DNA of 64,000 bases from an uncultured Bacteroidales bacterium (lineage in GTDB: Bacteria > Bacteroidota > Bacteroidia > Bacteroidales > WCHB1-69), in contig CAJODA010000002.1 of the NCBI GenBank assembly GCA_905233745.1, forward strand, positions 1,916 through 65,915, in the 5' to 3' direction. The notes under the pieces were generated by a model. The model was not told the origin of the DNA. It did no database searches and saw nothing but the letters and a program-made list of their open reading frames with translations. Below, in pieces: positions 26,776-37,983 of the stretch. The position numbers were made by a program, and so were the translations under genes. Within the stretch, counting starts at the first letter, position 1. Every line of letters starts with the position of its first letter.

Positions 26776-28032
26776 ATGGAAGAACATGTAAATCTTATCG
26801 ACACCTTTGCGGAGTTTAAAGAGTCCAAAAGCATAGACAGGGAAACCCTGATGCATATTCTGGATGACGTATTCCGTGCCGCTCTGCTTAAAAAATACGG
26901 TCCTGATGCCAAATTTGACATTATCGTGAATGTGGACCGCGGCGATCTTGAGATTCAGCACACCCGCGAAATTGTGGAAGATGGTGAACTTGAGGACGAA
27001 GGCAATCAGATCACGCTGTCGGAAGCCATCAAGATTGAACCCGACTTCGAGATTGGCGAGGAGGTAGTCGAGAATATCCGCCTGAGCGACTTTGCAAGAC
27101 GTGAGATTTTGGCCATCCGTCAAAACCTCAGCTCCAAGATAATGGAGTACGAAAAGGATGTTATATACAAGAAATATGAACACCGCATTGGCGAGCTCAT
27201 CACCGGTGAGGTCAACCAGGTTTGGCGCAAGGAAATTCTGGTGCTGGACGAAGACCATGTGGAGCTGGTACTCCCGAAATCGGAGCAGATTCCTGCTGAC
27301 AAATACAAGAAGGGCGACTCACTCACAGCCGTGGTCCTTCGCGTAGAGGTTCAGTCTTCCACTCCGCGCATTATCATTTCGCGCACCTCCCCGATGTTCC
27401 TGGAACGTCTGATGGAAACGGAGATTCCCGAAATCTATGACGGTCTCATCACCATCCGCAATGTGGTGCGCGCTCCTGGCGAACGTGCCAAAGTGCTCGT
27501 CGAGTCCGGTGACGACCGCATCGATCCCGTTGGCGCTTGCGTCGGCATGAAGGGCAGCCGCATCCACAGCATCGTCCGTGAGCTTCGCAACGAAAATATC
27601 GACATCATCAACTATACCTCCAACAAGGAACTCCTCATCAAGCGCGCCCTCAGTCCCGCTGAAATCACCTCCATCGTGCTGGATGACGAAAACAAGATGG
27701 CCAACGTCTATATGAAGGCCGATCAGGTATCATACGCCATCGGCAAGGGCGGCTATAACATCAAGCTCGCCTCCAAGATCTCCGGCTACGAGATTGACGT
27801 CTTCAGAGATGATGTGGACCAAGAGGAGGATGTGCCGTTGACCGAATTCGCCGATGAATTCGACCAATGGGTTATTGACGCCTTCATCAACATCGGCTGC
27901 GATACCGCCAAGAGCATTCTCGCTCTCGACCGCGACGAACTCATCAAGCGCACTGACCTTGAAGAGGAAACCGTGGATGCCATGATCGCCGCTGTAAAAG
28001 AAGAGCTCGAAGACTACGAAGGAGACAAATAA
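26776..28032 (+). CDS. nusA: Transcription termination/antitermination factor NusA
   Basis: Start set to the ATG at 26776; the ORF-track TTG at 26764 is also possible. It has an N-terminal domain, an S1 region (GELITGEV..V), two KH domains (GACVGMKGSRI, AIGKGGYNIKLAS) and an acidic C-terminus. infB follows. Confidence 0.9.
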   Translation: MEEHVNLIDTFAEFKESKSIDRETLMHILDDVFRAALLKKYGPDAKFDIIVNVDRGDLEIQHTREIVEDGELEDEGNQITLSEAIKIEPDFEIGEEVVENIRLSDFARREILAIRQNLSSKIMEYEKDVIYKKYEHRIGELITGEVNQVWRKEILVLDEDHVELVLPKSEQIPADKYKKGDSLTAVVLRVEVQSSTPRIIISRTSPMFLERLMETEIPEIYDGLITIRNVVRAPGERAKVLVESGDDRIDPVGACVGMKGSRIHSIVRELRNENIDIINYTSNKELLIKRALSPAEITSIVLDDENKMANVYMKADQVSYAIGKGGYNIKLASKISGYEIDVFRDDVDQEEDVPLTEFADEFDQWVIDAFINIGCDTAKSILALDRDELIKRTDLEEETVDAMIAAVKEELEDYEGDK

Positions 28033-28069
28033 TCATCGGAATAACAATAGAAAGTACTAAAACATCAAT

Positions 28070-30907
28070 ATGCCAGAGGAAAAAAGAAAAATACCACGTT
28101 TAGGAAAAGCTGCCGGGGAATTCAATGTCTCCATCAGCACCATCACCGCTTTGCTCAAGAAGAAGAACCTGGAAATCGAAGACAATCCGAACACCAAGCT
28201 GACGGAAGAGATATACGATATCCTGCTTCAAGAGTTTGCCGGTGAAAAACTGGTTAAGGCCGAAGCCGACAAAATCGACATCGGCACTTTCAACGCCAAA
28301 TCCAAAACGGAAAGCAAACCGAAAGAGGCCAAAGTTGAGGAGACTGAAGAACCTTCTGATGACAACGCACTTATCATCAAGAACATCATTATCAACACCC
28401 CTCAACACATCGACACGGAAATCCCTACACCCAAGGTGTTGGGAAAAATCAATCTGGAGGAAGTCACCCCAAAGAAAAAGAGCAAGGAACAGCCTAAGGA
28501 AGAGACTCCTGTCGAGAAGCCGGAAACTGACGTTGAGGTGACTCCCGAGCCTGAGGTAAAACCCGAGCCCAAGAAAGAACCCGAACCCAAAAAGGTCCCG
28601 GAACACATTCCGACGATTGTGGAGAAACTGGAACAGCCCAAGGTTATTGACAAGGCTGACCTGGATGCCCTCTTGCACAAAAAGAAGAAAAGCACCCCGG
28701 TTGAGGTGAAACCCGAAGTGAAAGAGACTCCGAAGGTTGAGGAGGCTCCTGCTCCCAAGGAACCCGAGCGCAAAGTGGAGTTCATTGAGACCCGCGTGGA
28801 AAAAATCCAAGGGCCGAAGATTATGGGTAAAATCGAACTGCCCGTAGAGAAAGAGAAGACCAAGGAACCTTCCCGCAAACCAGACAATAACGAGGATAAG
28901 AAGAAGAAAAAGAGAAAGAGAATCCTCAAACAGACGGGTGTCAAATCCAACATCAAGGACGAAAAGAAAAGCAAAGCTGAACCAGAAAAGACCGAAATTT
29001 CCCCCGAGGACATCCAACGTCGTATCAAAGAGACCAAACAGCGTCTGGAACCTGCTGGCAAGACCAAGGCTTCCAAGAGAAGAAAAGAGAAACGCGAGCA
29101 GATTCACGAACGTATGGAGGAACAGAAGCTTCAGGAACTCGAAAACCAGAAGATCCTGAAGGTGACCGAATTCCTGACCGCCAACGAACTGGCCACTTTG
29201 ATGAACAAAGAGGTGAACGAAATCATCTCCACCTGTCTGAGCATCGGCTTGTTCGTCTCTATCAACCAGCGTCTGGATGCGGAAACCATCACCCTGCTGG
29301 CCGAGGAGTTCGGCTTCCAGGTGGAGTTCATCGGTGCAGATGCCGAGGATGGTCCAGGAGAAGGGGATGAGGATAATCCTGAAGATTTGGTGCCGCGTCA
29401 TCCGATTATCACGGTCATGGGCCACGTCGATCACGGTAAGACCTCCTTGCTGGACTACATCCGCAAGACCAACGTCATTGCAGGTGAGGCCGGCGGTATC
29501 ACACAGCACATCGGTGCTTACCTGGTGCAACTGTCCGACGGCCGCAAGATCACCTTCCTGGACACGCCGGGTCACGAGGCGTTCACGGCCATGCGTGCGC
29601 GCGGTGCGAAAATCACGGACTTGTGTATCATCGTCATTGCTGCCGACGACGCGGTGATGCCGCAGACCATCGAGGCTATCAACCACGCCCAGGCTGCTGG
29701 CGTACCCATGGTGTTCGCCATTACCAAAATAGACAAAGCCAACGCCAATCCCGAAAAGATCAAAGAGGAACTGGCCAACATGAACATATTGGTGGAGGAT
29801 TGGGGTGGCAAATACCAGTGCCAAGCCATCGACGCCAAGCATGGCGATCATGTGAACGATTTGTTGGAGAAGGTGTTGTTGGAGGCCGAGATGCTGAATT
29901 TGAAAGCCAATCCTAACCGCAATGGTGTGGGTGCGGTCATTGAGTCCTCTTTGGACAAGGGTCGTGGCTACGTGGCCAAGGTCTTGGTCCAGAACGGCAC
30001 GCTTTCAGTGGGTGATCCCATCCTCGCAGGCAGCTGTTTCGGCAAGGTTAAGGCCATGTTCAACGAGCGTAACCAGCCGGTGAAGTCAGTGGGTCCTGCC
30101 ACTCCCGTACTGTTGCTGGGTCTTAACGGCGCCCCGCAAGCCGGCGACAGCTTCAAGGTATGCGACACGGAGCAGGAAGCCCGCGCCGCCGCCACCAAGC
30201 GCGCCCGACTGGCCCGCGAGATGGGCCTGCGCACCCAAAAGCACATCACCCTCGAAGAGATTGGCCGACGTATCGCCATCGGCGACTTCAAGGAGCTCAA
30301 CATCATCGTCAAGGGCGACGTGGACGGCTCCGTGGAGGCTCTCTCCGACTCCCTGCTCAAACTCTCCACAGAACAGGTACAGGTCAACGTCATCCACAAG
30401 TCTGTGGGTGCCGTCACCGAAACGGACGTCATGCTGGCAACCGCCTCCAACGCCCTTATCGTGGCCTTCCAGGTCCGTCCTACCGCCGGAGCACGCAAGA
30501 TGGCCGAAGCCGAGCAAATTGACATCCGCACCTACTCTATCATCTACACCGCTATCAACGAAATCAAAGAGGCTATCGCCGGTATGCACACCCCGGAAAT
30601 CCGGGAGAAAGTGGTCTGCAACATCGAAATCCGCGAAGTGTTCCATATCTCCAAAGTGGGCAACGTGGCCGGTTGTATGGTACTGGACGGCAAACTGCAA
30701 CGCTCCACGCGCATCCGCCTGATCCGCGACGGTATCGTAATCTATACCGGCAAACTCGGCTCCCTGCGCCGCTTCAAAGATGACGTCAAGGAGGTTACCG
30801 CCGGACAGGATTGCGGTCTGAACATTGACGGCTGCAACGATATCAAAATCGGCGACATCATTGAAGGATACGAAGAGTATGAAGTTGCTTACAACGCTAA
30901 CAAATAA
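28070..30907 (+). CDS. infB: Translation initiation factor IF-2
   Basis: 945 aa. A Lys/Glu/Pro-rich N-terminal region is followed by the GTPase domain [22 protein letters not shown] and TKID, then conserved C-terminal domains. Confidence 0.95.
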   Translation: MPEEKRKIPRLGKAAGEFNVSISTITALLKKKNLEIEDNPNTKLTEEIYDILLQEFAGEKLVKAEADKIDIGTFNAKSKTESKPKEAKVEETEEPSDDNALIIKNIIINTPQHIDTEIPTPKVLGKINLEEVTPKKKSKEQPKEETPVEKPETDVEVTPEPEVKPEPKKEPEPKKVPEHIPTIVEKLEQPKVIDKADLDALLHKKKKSTPVEVKPEVKETPKVEEAPAPKEPERKVEFIETRVEKIQGPKIMGKIELPVEKEKTKEPSRKPDNNEDKKKKKRKRILKQTGVKSNIKDEKKSKAEPEKTEISPEDIQRRIKETKQRLEPAGKTKASKRRKEKREQIHERMEEQKLQELENQKILKVTEFLTANELATLMNKEVNEIISTCLSIGLFVSINQRLDAETITLLAEEFGFQVEFIGADAEDGPGEGDEDNPEDLVPRHPIITVMGHVDHGKTSLLDYIRKTNVIAGEAGGITQHIGAYLVQLSDGRKITFLDTPGHEAFTAMRARGAKITDLCIIVIAADDAVMPQTIEAINHAQAAGVPMVFAITKIDKANANPEKIKEELANMNILVEDWGGKYQCQAIDAKHGDHVNDLLEKVLLEAEMLNLKANPNRNGVGAVIESSLDKGRGYVAKVLVQNGTLSVGDPILAGSCFGKVKAMFNERNQPVKSVGPATPVLLLGLNGAPQAGDSFKVCDTEQEARAAATKRARLAREMGLRTQKHITLEEIGRRIAIGDFKELNIIVKGDVDGSVEALSDSLLKLSTEQVQVNVIHKSVGAVTETDVMLATASNALIVAFQVRPTAGARKMAEAEQIDIRTYSIIYTAINEIKEAIAGMHTPEIREKVVCNIEIREVFHISKVGNVAGCMVLDGKLQRSTRIRLIRDGIVIYTGKLGSLRRFKDDVKEVTAGQDCGLNIDGCNDIKIGDIIEGYEEYEVAYNANK

Positions 30908-30922
30908 CCCTGATAATCTACT

Positions 30923-31927
30923 ATGGCTGAGAATCAATTATATAAAATAGGCATTACCCATGGCGACTTGAACGGTATCGGATACGAGGTTATCATCAAA
31001 GCACTGACCGACTATTCCATCATGGAATTGTGCACGCCTATAGTGTACGGACTGGCCAAAGCCGCATCCTATCACCGCAAATATATGGAGTTGCCTGATT
31101 TCTCCTTCCAGTTCATCAAAAACGTAGAACAACCCTCTTTGAAACGTCCCAACCTCATCAATTTGATGGATGAAGAGGTGAAAATTGAACTGGGAACTTC
31201 CACAAAGATTGCCGGACAGCTGGCTGAAAAAGCGCTTATCATGGCAGGCAAAGATCTGAAAAACAAGAATATCGATGCCATCGTAACCGCCCCCATCAAC
31301 AAGAACAATATCCAGTCCGACAGATTCAAGTTCCACGGTCAAACCGAATTTTTCGAATACTATTTTGGAGGAGAACAGAAATCCATGATGATGATGGTGG
31401 CCGATGGCCTGCGCGTGGGTTTCGTAACCAATCACGAACCGATTAACAAAGTCTCTTCCATCTTAACCCAAGATCTGATTATCAAAAAGCTGGAGATTCT
31501 GAACCATACCTTAAAGCAGGATTTCGCCATTGACAATCCCAAGATTGCCGTTCTGGCCCTCAATCCGCATGCTGGTGATGACGGATTGCTTGGTTCTGAA
31601 GAGAAGGATATTATCCATCCGGCTATTGAAATGGCATTCCAGAACAAAATCAACGCGTTCGGACCATTCCCTGCTGACGGATTCTTCGCTGCCGGCCAAT
31701 ACCGAAAATTCGACGCTGTGCTGGCCATGTACCACGACCAAGGCATGATCCCGTTCAAGATCTTGGGCGCCGAAGGTGTGAATTTCACCGCAGGACTTCC
31801 TATCGTCCGCACCTCTCCTGCCCATGGTACCGCTTATGATATCGCAGGGAAGAATATTGCCAACGGCCAGTCCATGCGCAACGCTATTTATCTCGCCCTC
31901 GACATTCTCAAAAACAGAAACAGATAA
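30923..31927 (+). CDS. pdxA: 4-hydroxythreonine-4-phosphate dehydrogenase
   Basis: Contains GITHGDLNGIGYEVI, LNPHAGD, MYHDQG and SPAHGTAYDIAGKNIAN. Confidence 0.9.
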   Translation: MAENQLYKIGITHGDLNGIGYEVIIKALTDYSIMELCTPIVYGLAKAASYHRKYMELPDFSFQFIKNVEQPSLKRPNLINLMDEEVKIELGTSTKIAGQLAEKALIMAGKDLKNKNIDAIVTAPINKNNIQSDRFKFHGQTEFFEYYFGGEQKSMMMMVADGLRVGFVTNHEPINKVSSILTQDLIIKKLEILNHTLKQDFAIDNPKIAVLALNPHAGDDGLLGSEEKDIIHPAIEMAFQNKINAFGPFPADGFFAAGQYRKFDAVLAMYHDQGMIPFKILGAEGVNFTAGLPIVRTSPAHGTAYDIAGKNIANGQSMRNAIYLALDILKNRNR

Positions 31928-31950
31928 TCGATACCTGAATCTCTTCTGAG

Positions 31951-33111
31951 ATGGACTTTATTCACATTCTTCATCTGTGCCTGATAACTATTGAGTTTCT
32001 GGCAGGTTCGGCATACGTGCTATTCCGGCTGCTCCAAGTTATCTCCAAAAAATGGCTACGCAAAGTCGCATGGACCATCATAGGGTTCATGTCGCTGTTC
32101 TTCATCTTTGTGATGGTGCTGCGCACCCATAATACAGGGGCTTGGTACCTTCCTTTGCAAGCCGTTGAATACACTTGGGTGGTTTTCGTTTTTTACCTTC
32201 TAATCCTCATTGTCGCCTTCGATTTCGTCCGCATCGCCCTGCATTTTATCCCTAAAGGGAGATGCTGGGCAGGCCGACGGATGACCCGAACCCGTCGTAT
32301 CTATTATTCCTGCTGCCTGGTTTTCATTTCTGCACTCATCACCTACGGCTTTATTCACTTTCAGCATCCTGCTGTAAGAACCGTAACCATGGAATTGGAC
32401 AAACCTGTTCCCGATTGGCAAGTGGTTGTGGTCAGTGACATGCACTTAGGAACCATGTCGCCTAAAACATTAGAGAAAAACATTCAGAGAATCAACAGCT
32501 TACAACCAGACCTCATTCTAATGTTAGGAGATCAGTTTGTGATAGACTGGCAGGATTTGGAGAAAACGGGATATGCCGACGCGCTTGGGAAACTACATGC
32601 CGACAAGGGAATATTTCTCATTAATGGAAATCACGAATATTACCACGGGTATCCGCATAACAGCAATCCGGATTACAAAAGACTATTTGAAAACTGGCAT
32701 TTCACCCTGTTGGAAGATTCCGTTGTTTGTATTGAAGATCAGCTGGTCATAATAGGTCGTGATGACACAACAAACCGAAAGCGGGCCACTTTGAACTTTT
32801 TAATGAAAGATATCCCTTCGGACATTCCGGCAATAGTTCTGGACCATGATCCCACCGGTATGAAATCGGCAGAGCAATGTGGGGCTGACATACAGCTGTC
32901 GGGGCACACGCACAACGGCCAGTTGTTCCCATTAAACATTTATGGCCGTTTTACCAGCAGTTTAAAGGGATTTTTATACTATGGCTATGAAAAAAGAGGG
33001 GGAACCCACTACTACGTAACCAGCGGAATGGGCTCTTCGGGTGCACCCATCAGAATCGGCACGGATGCTGAGATTGTGGTTCTGAAGATGAAAGCAACAT
33101 GCCAACAATGA
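31951..33111 (+). CDS. Membrane-bound metallophosphoesterase
   Basis: Four N-terminal TM helices, then the calcineurin-like motifs VVVSDMHLG, GDQF, GNHEY and GHTHNGQ. Confidence 0.85.
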   Translation: MDFIHILHLCLITIEFLAGSAYVLFRLLQVISKKWLRKVAWTIIGFMSLFFIFVMVLRTHNTGAWYLPLQAVEYTWVVFVFYLLILIVAFDFVRIALHFIPKGRCWAGRRMTRTRRIYYSCCLVFISALITYGFIHFQHPAVRTVTMELDKPVPDWQVVVVSDMHLGTMSPKTLEKNIQRINSLQPDLILMLGDQFVIDWQDLEKTGYADALGKLHADKGIFLINGNHEYYHGYPHNSNPDYKRLFENWHFTLLEDSVVCIEDQLVIIGRDDTTNRKRATLNFLMKDIPSDIPAIVLDHDPTGMKSAEQCGADIQLSGHTHNGQLFPLNIYGRFTSSLKGFLYYGYEKRGGTHYYVTSGMGSSGAPIRIGTDAEIVVLKMKATCQQ

Positions 33112-33241
33112 GCGCATTAGCACAAGACAATTGAGGTGGATTGCCACGATGAAAATTGGAATGTGAAAAAAACAAAAATCCGCCCGACCTTTTTTCAAAA
33201 ACAATAAGAACAAACACTGTTGGTCACATGATATTTTTTTG

Positions 33242-33249
33242 TACATTTG
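33242..33249 (+). promoter_or_regulatory. -7 promoter box TACATTTG
   Basis: Matches TAnnTTTG, 19 nt upstream of the ATG at 33269. Confidence 0.55.
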
Positions 33250-33268
33250 CGACCAAATTTTTATAGTA

Positions 33269-33721
33269 ATGAAAAAAGCATCTTTTTTCTTCATCATGGC
33301 TTTGGCAGTCATAATAGGTCTGTTTGCAAGCTGCGAGCGTTATGACACGGCCTACATCACCATTGAAAAGAACAGTTTCAACGACACCACCCGTATTGTC
33401 AACCATACCGCTATCGTGACTGACGACGGAGGCTGTCCGCGCTGCATAGAGGCCGGATACTGTTTCAGCTATATCGATCCCGTACCCTCTCACACCCAAT
33501 TCTACAGCACTGTCGTGCCTCTGATTTTCGATTCCCTGATGACCTATACGGACTCCACCAAATATCTGACCTTCTCATGGGAGCGCCAGCTGCCCTTCAT
33601 TGAAAGTGCGGACGGTGATGAAACTGACACCCTGCTCTACTTTTTCCGTTCGTATATCACAACCAACGCCGGTACTTTCTACAGCAAGGTTGATACGGTC
33701 AAAGTTCCCCGAAGCTATTAA
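33269..33721 (+). CDS. Hypothetical lipoprotein
   Basis: Start reset to MKKASFFFIMALAVIIGLFASC (lipobox). 150 aa, no family recognised. Confidence 0.55.
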   Translation: MKKASFFFIMALAVIIGLFASCERYDTAYITIEKNSFNDTTRIVNHTAIVTDDGGCPRCIEAGYCFSYIDPVPSHTQFYSTVVPLIFDSLMTYTDSTKYLTFSWERQLPFIESADGDETDTLLYFFRSYITTNAGTFYSKVDTVKVPRSY

Positions 33722-33743
33722 TTTTAAACAAACAATATCTGAA

Positions 33744-34814
33744 ATGAAAAGAATTCTTGCCATCAATCCGGGTTCAACCTCCACAAAAATCGCCATTTTT
33801 GAAGGAACCGAACAAATCTTCATAAAGAACATCAAGCACTCTACCGAACAGTTGTCGGCCTACGCCACCATCGCCGACCAGTTTGAATTCCGTCGGGATG
33901 TGATCATTGATGAATTGAAGAATGAAAATATTGATTTGCATTCCATAGATCTGGTAATGGGTCGCGGCGGCCTTATCAAACCGCTGAAATCCGGTGTGTA
34001 CAAAATCAACGATCTGATGAAAGAGCATCTGATGATGGGTTATAACGGTCAGCACGCCTGCAACTTGGGCGGTCTTATCGCCGACAGTTTGGCCAAGGTT
34101 ATCGGTTTGGACGGTGCTTACATTGCCGACCCGGTAATTGTGGACGAAATGGAAGAAGTGGCTCGCATCACCGGACATCCCGATTTTGAGCGCAAGTCCA
34201 TTTTCCACGCTCTGAACCAAAAGGCAATTGCCCGCATGTATGCCAAGGACAACGGCAAGAAGTACGAGGAGTTGAACCTGATTGTCTGCCACATGGGTGG
34301 CGGTGTAAGCGTGGGTGCTCACCGTCAGGGGCGCGTCATAGACGTCAACCAAGCCCTGGATGGCGAAGGTCCGTTCTCTCCGGAACGTTCCGGCTCCCTC
34401 CCGATGAACCAGTTCCTGAAAGCTTGTTTCAGCGGAAAATACACGCAGGAAGACATGCAGAAAATTCTCGTGGGCAAAGGCGGTTACGTAGGCTACTTTG
34501 GCAGCAATGATGCCTTAGCCGTTGAGAAGGCTGCCATTGCCGGAGATCCCAAAGCAGAGCTCCTGGAAGAGGCCTTCGCCTATCAGGTGGCCAAACAGAT
34601 CGGTGAAAACGCCGTCGTACTTAAGGGCAAGATTGACGCCATCATTCTTACCGGCGGCATCGCTTATGGCAAACCCGTCATCCGACGCATCAAGAACTAC
34701 ATCGAATGGATCGCCCCTGTTGCTGTCTATCCCGGCGAAGATGAAATGGCTGCCATGGCACTCAACGCCAATATGATTATCAACGGTGAGATTGAAGTTC
34801 AAGACTACAAATAA
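33744..34814 (+). CDS. buk: Butyrate kinase
   Basis: Start reset to the ATG at 33744, giving MKRILAINPGSTSTKIAIFEG. The acetate/butyrate kinase motifs GRGG, HMGGGVSV and LTGGIAYG are present. The ORF-track extension (33600) overlaps the upstream lipoprotein gene. Confidence 0.9.
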   Translation: MKRILAINPGSTSTKIAIFEGTEQIFIKNIKHSTEQLSAYATIADQFEFRRDVIIDELKNENIDLHSIDLVMGRGGLIKPLKSGVYKINDLMKEHLMMGYNGQHACNLGGLIADSLAKVIGLDGAYIADPVIVDEMEEVARITGHPDFERKSIFHALNQKAIARMYAKDNGKKYEELNLIVCHMGGGVSVGAHRQGRVIDVNQALDGEGPFSPERSGSLPMNQFLKACFSGKYTQEDMQKILVGKGGYVGYFGSNDALAVEKAAIAGDPKAELLEEAFAYQVAKQIGENAVVLKGKIDAIILTGGIAYGKPVIRRIKNYIEWIAPVAVYPGEDEMAAMALNANMIINGEIEVQDYK

Positions 34815-35674
34815 TGAAACTCGCACTCTACTGCCGGCAACGCGGCGAAGAAGAGTTTACCCATAGCGTAATCCAACACCTCAAACAGGAAGGTTACGAT
34901 ATCACGGTTCACGGCAACTGTCCCACAGCGGATAGTTGCCTTGAGCATTTTTACACCCACGAGGATTTGGCAAAACAGTTGCCTGTCAACTTCATGGTTT
35001 CCATCGGCGGTGACGGCTCCTTCATTGACGCCGCCAATCTCGTTGGGGACCTTGACATACCGCTAGTGGGCATCAATACAGGACGTATCGGATTCCTTTC
35101 CGGAATCAAAAAAGAAAACTACAAAGAGTGCTTCCAAATGTTACACGAGGGCCGGTTCACGCTGGAGGAGCGGTCACTTCTCCACATTGAGAGCAGTGAG
35201 CCTCTGGAACTGGAACACAGTTTCGTCATCAACGACATCACCGTACGGGCCACCGATGCCGATGCCATCGACGCCATCACCGTGTGGGCCGGCGGTGAAA
35301 AGGTGAACACTTACTGGGCTGACGGTCTGATCATTGCAACTCCAACAGGATCCACGGCCTACTCCATGAGCTGCGGAGGCCCCATCCTCCACCCACGCAG
35401 CGAAGTGCAAGTCCTCACCCCCATAGCCTCACACTCACTGAGCGTGCGCCCCATCGTGATCCCCGCCGACACGGAATTGACCGTCGAAGTCAGCAGCCGC
35501 GCCGGACGATATTCGCTAGCCCTTGACACCGAACGTCTTATCGTATCCGACCACATCTGCCTCCACATCCGCAAAGAGAACTTCCGACTCAAGACCGTCC
35601 TGTTTGAAAACACCAATTTCTACGACATCATCCGGGAAAAGTTATTGTGGGGACTCGATAAGAGAAACGGCTGA
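34814..35674 (+). CDS. nadK: NAD(+) kinase
   Basis: Contains GGDGSF, GINTGRIGFL and TPTGSTAYSMSCGGPI. The ATG overlaps the buk stop codon by 1 nt (TAATG). Confidence 0.9.
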   Translation: MKLALYCRQRGEEEFTHSVIQHLKQEGYDITVHGNCPTADSCLEHFYTHEDLAKQLPVNFMVSIGGDGSFIDAANLVGDLDIPLVGINTGRIGFLSGIKKENYKECFQMLHEGRFTLEERSLLHIESSEPLELEHSFVINDITVRATDADAIDAITVWAGGEKVNTYWADGLIIATPTGSTAYSMSCGGPILHPRSEVQVLTPIASHSLSVRPIVIPADTELTVEVSSRAGRYSLALDTERLIVSDHICLHIRKENFRLKTVLFENTNFYDIIREKLLWGLDKRNG

Positions 35675-35774
35675 AAACTTGTCATTTAGCCTCTTCGGAA
35701 AAGATGTTTTGTTATGAACATGTTTTTGTTTATTTTTTAAAAAAAACATCATTTTTCTCTTGTTTTTTTAATGG

Positions 35775-35782
35775 TATTTTTG
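35775..35782 (+). promoter_or_regulatory. -7 promoter box TATTTTTG for ftsQAZ
   Basis: Matches TAnnTTTG, 29 nt upstream of the ftsQ ATG. Confidence 0.55.
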
Positions 35783-35811
35783 TGGCTAAATATTAATGAA
35801 TTTAGCCTATA

Positions 35812-36567
35812 ATGAGGTATTTTAAAGCAATAATGCGTATTGTTTTGGTTATCAGTGTTTTGGCTCTTGTCGTTGTGGCAATGGTCAAGATACCTCAGCG
35901 GCGTTGTGAAACCATACAAGTCAACGCCCATACACAAAACGAGAGTGTTTTGCTTACACAAGCTGATGTGGAACAGATTCTTTCCGAAAAAGGCATTGAA
36001 ATCATCGGCAAAAGAATCAAGGATGTGGACCTTACGGAAGTGACGGCGGCGTTAGAGAAGAATCCCTACATCCGTACAATCAACTTCATCCATTTCGCCG
36101 GCACACGGCTGTTGATCGACTACGACCTGCGCCATATCGTACTGCACGTTTATGACCAAAGGGGCGGACAGTATTTTGTGGACAATGACGGAGCGCTGGT
36201 GCCCTTCACCACTAAAATGAAGGACTACCTGATTATCGTAAACGGGAACATCAGCCAGACCTATAAGGCCGGGGCCACGGTATCCAAAGACTTGAAACAG
36301 ATACTGAACGTAACCCATAAAATCATGGCCGATGATTTTTACCAGGCACAGTTCCGCCAAATCTACCTCAATGACAAACACCAGATGGAACTGGTGGCCT
36401 CACTCGGCAACCAAATCATTCTCTTCGGCTCCGACACTAACACCGACGAGAAGCTGGCCAATCTGAAAGTCGTTTACAGGGAAGGCCTGTCACGCAAGGG
36501 CTACGACACTTATGCCATGTTGGACGCCCGCTATAAAAACAGAGTTATCGCATTACGAAAACAATAA
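35812..36567 (+). CDS. ftsQ: Cell division protein FtsQ
   Basis: Single N-terminal TM helix and a POTRA-like region. It sits immediately upstream of ftsA-ftsZ. Confidence 0.8.
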   Translation: MRYFKAIMRIVLVISVLALVVVAMVKIPQRRCETIQVNAHTQNESVLLTQADVEQILSEKGIEIIGKRIKDVDLTEVTAALEKNPYIRTINFIHFAGTRLLIDYDLRHIVLHVYDQRGGQYFVDNDGALVPFTTKMKDYLIIVNGNISQTYKAGATVSKDLKQILNVTHKIMADDFYQAQFRQIYLNDKHQMELVASLGNQIILFGSDTNTDEKLANLKVVYREGLSRKGYDTYAMLDARYKNRVIALRKQ

Positions 36568-36582
36568 ACTTAAGAGGATATT

Positions 36583-37932
36583 ATGGAAAATATTTCTACG
36601 AACAACGGCATGGTGGTAGGCCTCGATATTGGTACAACAAAAATAGCCACCGTAATTGGTTTTCGGAACGAAAAAGGCCAGATTGAAGTCGTGGGCTACG
36701 GCAAAAGCGAGTCCAGCGGCGTGGAGTTCGGTGAAATCAAGAATATCCTTAAGACCACAGAAGGTATTGTGCTGTCCAGAGACATCGCCGCACAACGCTC
36801 CAATCAGGAAATTGATTGGGTGTATGCCGGCATCGCAGGACATCACATCAAGACCAGCAAATACAACCATATCCTCTATCGCCACGGAAACGAAAACCCC
36901 ATTGTCCAAGAAGAGATTGACCAACTGAAGAAAGATGTGTCGGCTGTAACCCTGCCACCGGGCGAGGAAATTATCGACGTTATTCCCCAACGGTATCAGA
37001 TCGACCGTTCGCGGCAGACCACAGACCCCGTTGGCGAACTCGGCAATGAGGTGATAGGTATTTATCAGATTATCACGGGCAACAGACGTGAAATCAAGAA
37101 AATCGTAAAATGTGTCAATGACGCCGGGCTGAACATCCGCGATATCGTGCTGGAGCCCATCGCTTCCGGTCTGGCATGTCTGAGCGACAAGGAGAAACAG
37201 GACGGCGTGGTGCTGGTGGACATTGGCGGTGGCACTACAGACATGGTTATTTTCGTGGACGGCAGCCCCGTATTCACCAAAGTCATCCCCATCGGCGGTA
37301 ACATCATCACCAAGGACATTGCCCAGGTGTGCCGCATCTCCGAGGACGTGGCCGAGCAGCTCAAGGTTCGCTACGGCACCTGCGTGGTGGAGAAGAGCAA
37401 CGCCAACAACATGATCACCATTCCCAGACCGTACGGACAGGATCCCATCCAGATCAGCGAGTACAATCTGGCCCAGATCATCAACTGCCGTGTGCAGGAA
37501 GAGATTATCAACGTGATAAAAAGCGAGGTGGAAAACTCAGGTTACAAAGACCGCCTCTATGCCGGCTTGGTGCTCACTGGTGGCGGCGCAAACCTTCGCA
37601 ACATCAAAGAACTCTGCCAGTTCTCCCTGCAATTGCCCACCCGTATCGGCATACCGGACAACAGTTTCGCCCATAATATCCCTACCGAGCTGAAGCACCC
37701 CATGTTCGCCACAGCTCTCGGATTGCTTAAATTCGGTATCGGAGCCGAATACAAAGAAATGCCTGCGGAAGAAAACGAGAATCCAGAGCAGGAGAAAAAA
37801 GAGAAAACCGGCATTTTCTCCAGACGGAAAAAAGAACCTAAGGCTCCCAAAGAGGAACGTAACCCCTCAAGCAACGACATCTTCAGCAAAATCCCGGGTT
37901 TCATGAGAGACCTGCTGGAACGTATTTCATAA
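36583..37932 (+). CDS. ftsA: Cell division protein FtsA
   Basis: Actin-like ATPase motifs GLDIGTTKI, VDIGGGTTD and LTGGGANL, with a C-terminal amphipathic tail. Confidence 0.95.
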   Translation: MENISTNNGMVVGLDIGTTKIATVIGFRNEKGQIEVVGYGKSESSGVEFGEIKNILKTTEGIVLSRDIAAQRSNQEIDWVYAGIAGHHIKTSKYNHILYRHGNENPIVQEEIDQLKKDVSAVTLPPGEEIIDVIPQRYQIDRSRQTTDPVGELGNEVIGIYQIITGNRREIKKIVKCVNDAGLNIRDIVLEPIASGLACLSDKEKQDGVVLVDIGGGTTDMVIFVDGSPVFTKVIPIGGNIITKDIAQVCRISEDVAEQLKVRYGTCVVEKSNANNMITIPRPYGQDPIQISEYNLAQIINCRVQEEIINVIKSEVENSGYKDRLYAGLVLTGGGANLRNIKELCQFSLQLPTRIGIPDNSFAHNIPTELKHPMFATALGLLKFGIGAEYKEMPAEENENPEQEKKEKTGIFSRRKKEPKAPKEERNPSSNDIFSKIPGFMRDLLERIS

Positions 37933-37983
37933 AACTTAAAGAACCCTATAACCAAACGTAAGAATAATAAAACATTCATCAAG

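Noticed and set aside
28300-29100. A repetitive Lys/Glu/Pro-rich segment ([24 protein letters not shown]) that could be taken for a repeat element or a separate gene.
   Set aside because: It is in frame within infB. Variable, low-complexity N-terminal regions are normal for bacterial IF-2.
28100-29851. A 583-aa ORF on the minus strand, one of the longest in the ORF track.
   Set aside because: It lies entirely antisense to infB, whose GTPase and C-terminal motifs are unambiguous. Its translation is low-complexity and rich in L, F, G, R and D, which mirrors the Lys/Glu/Pro codons of IF-2. It has no promoter box or signal features. This is a shadow ORF.
33134-33182. A ggtggatt ... aatccgcc inverted repeat after the metallophosphoesterase gene, resembling the arms of the tadA terminator.
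   Set aside because: The 8-bp arms are separated by a loop of about 33 nt, and the following T-run is weak. This is not a convincing terminator or repeat-element copy.
33600-33743. ORF-track N-terminal extension of buk. Similar extensions occur at 2494-3369, 4622, 7058, 9342, 17966, 33239, 40563, 46673-47698, 47677, 54300, 61115-61981 and 61939.
   Set aside because: The extensions overlap upstream genes or promoter boxes and lack family-typical sequence. Internal ATGs give canonical N-termini or signal peptides, so I reset the starts.
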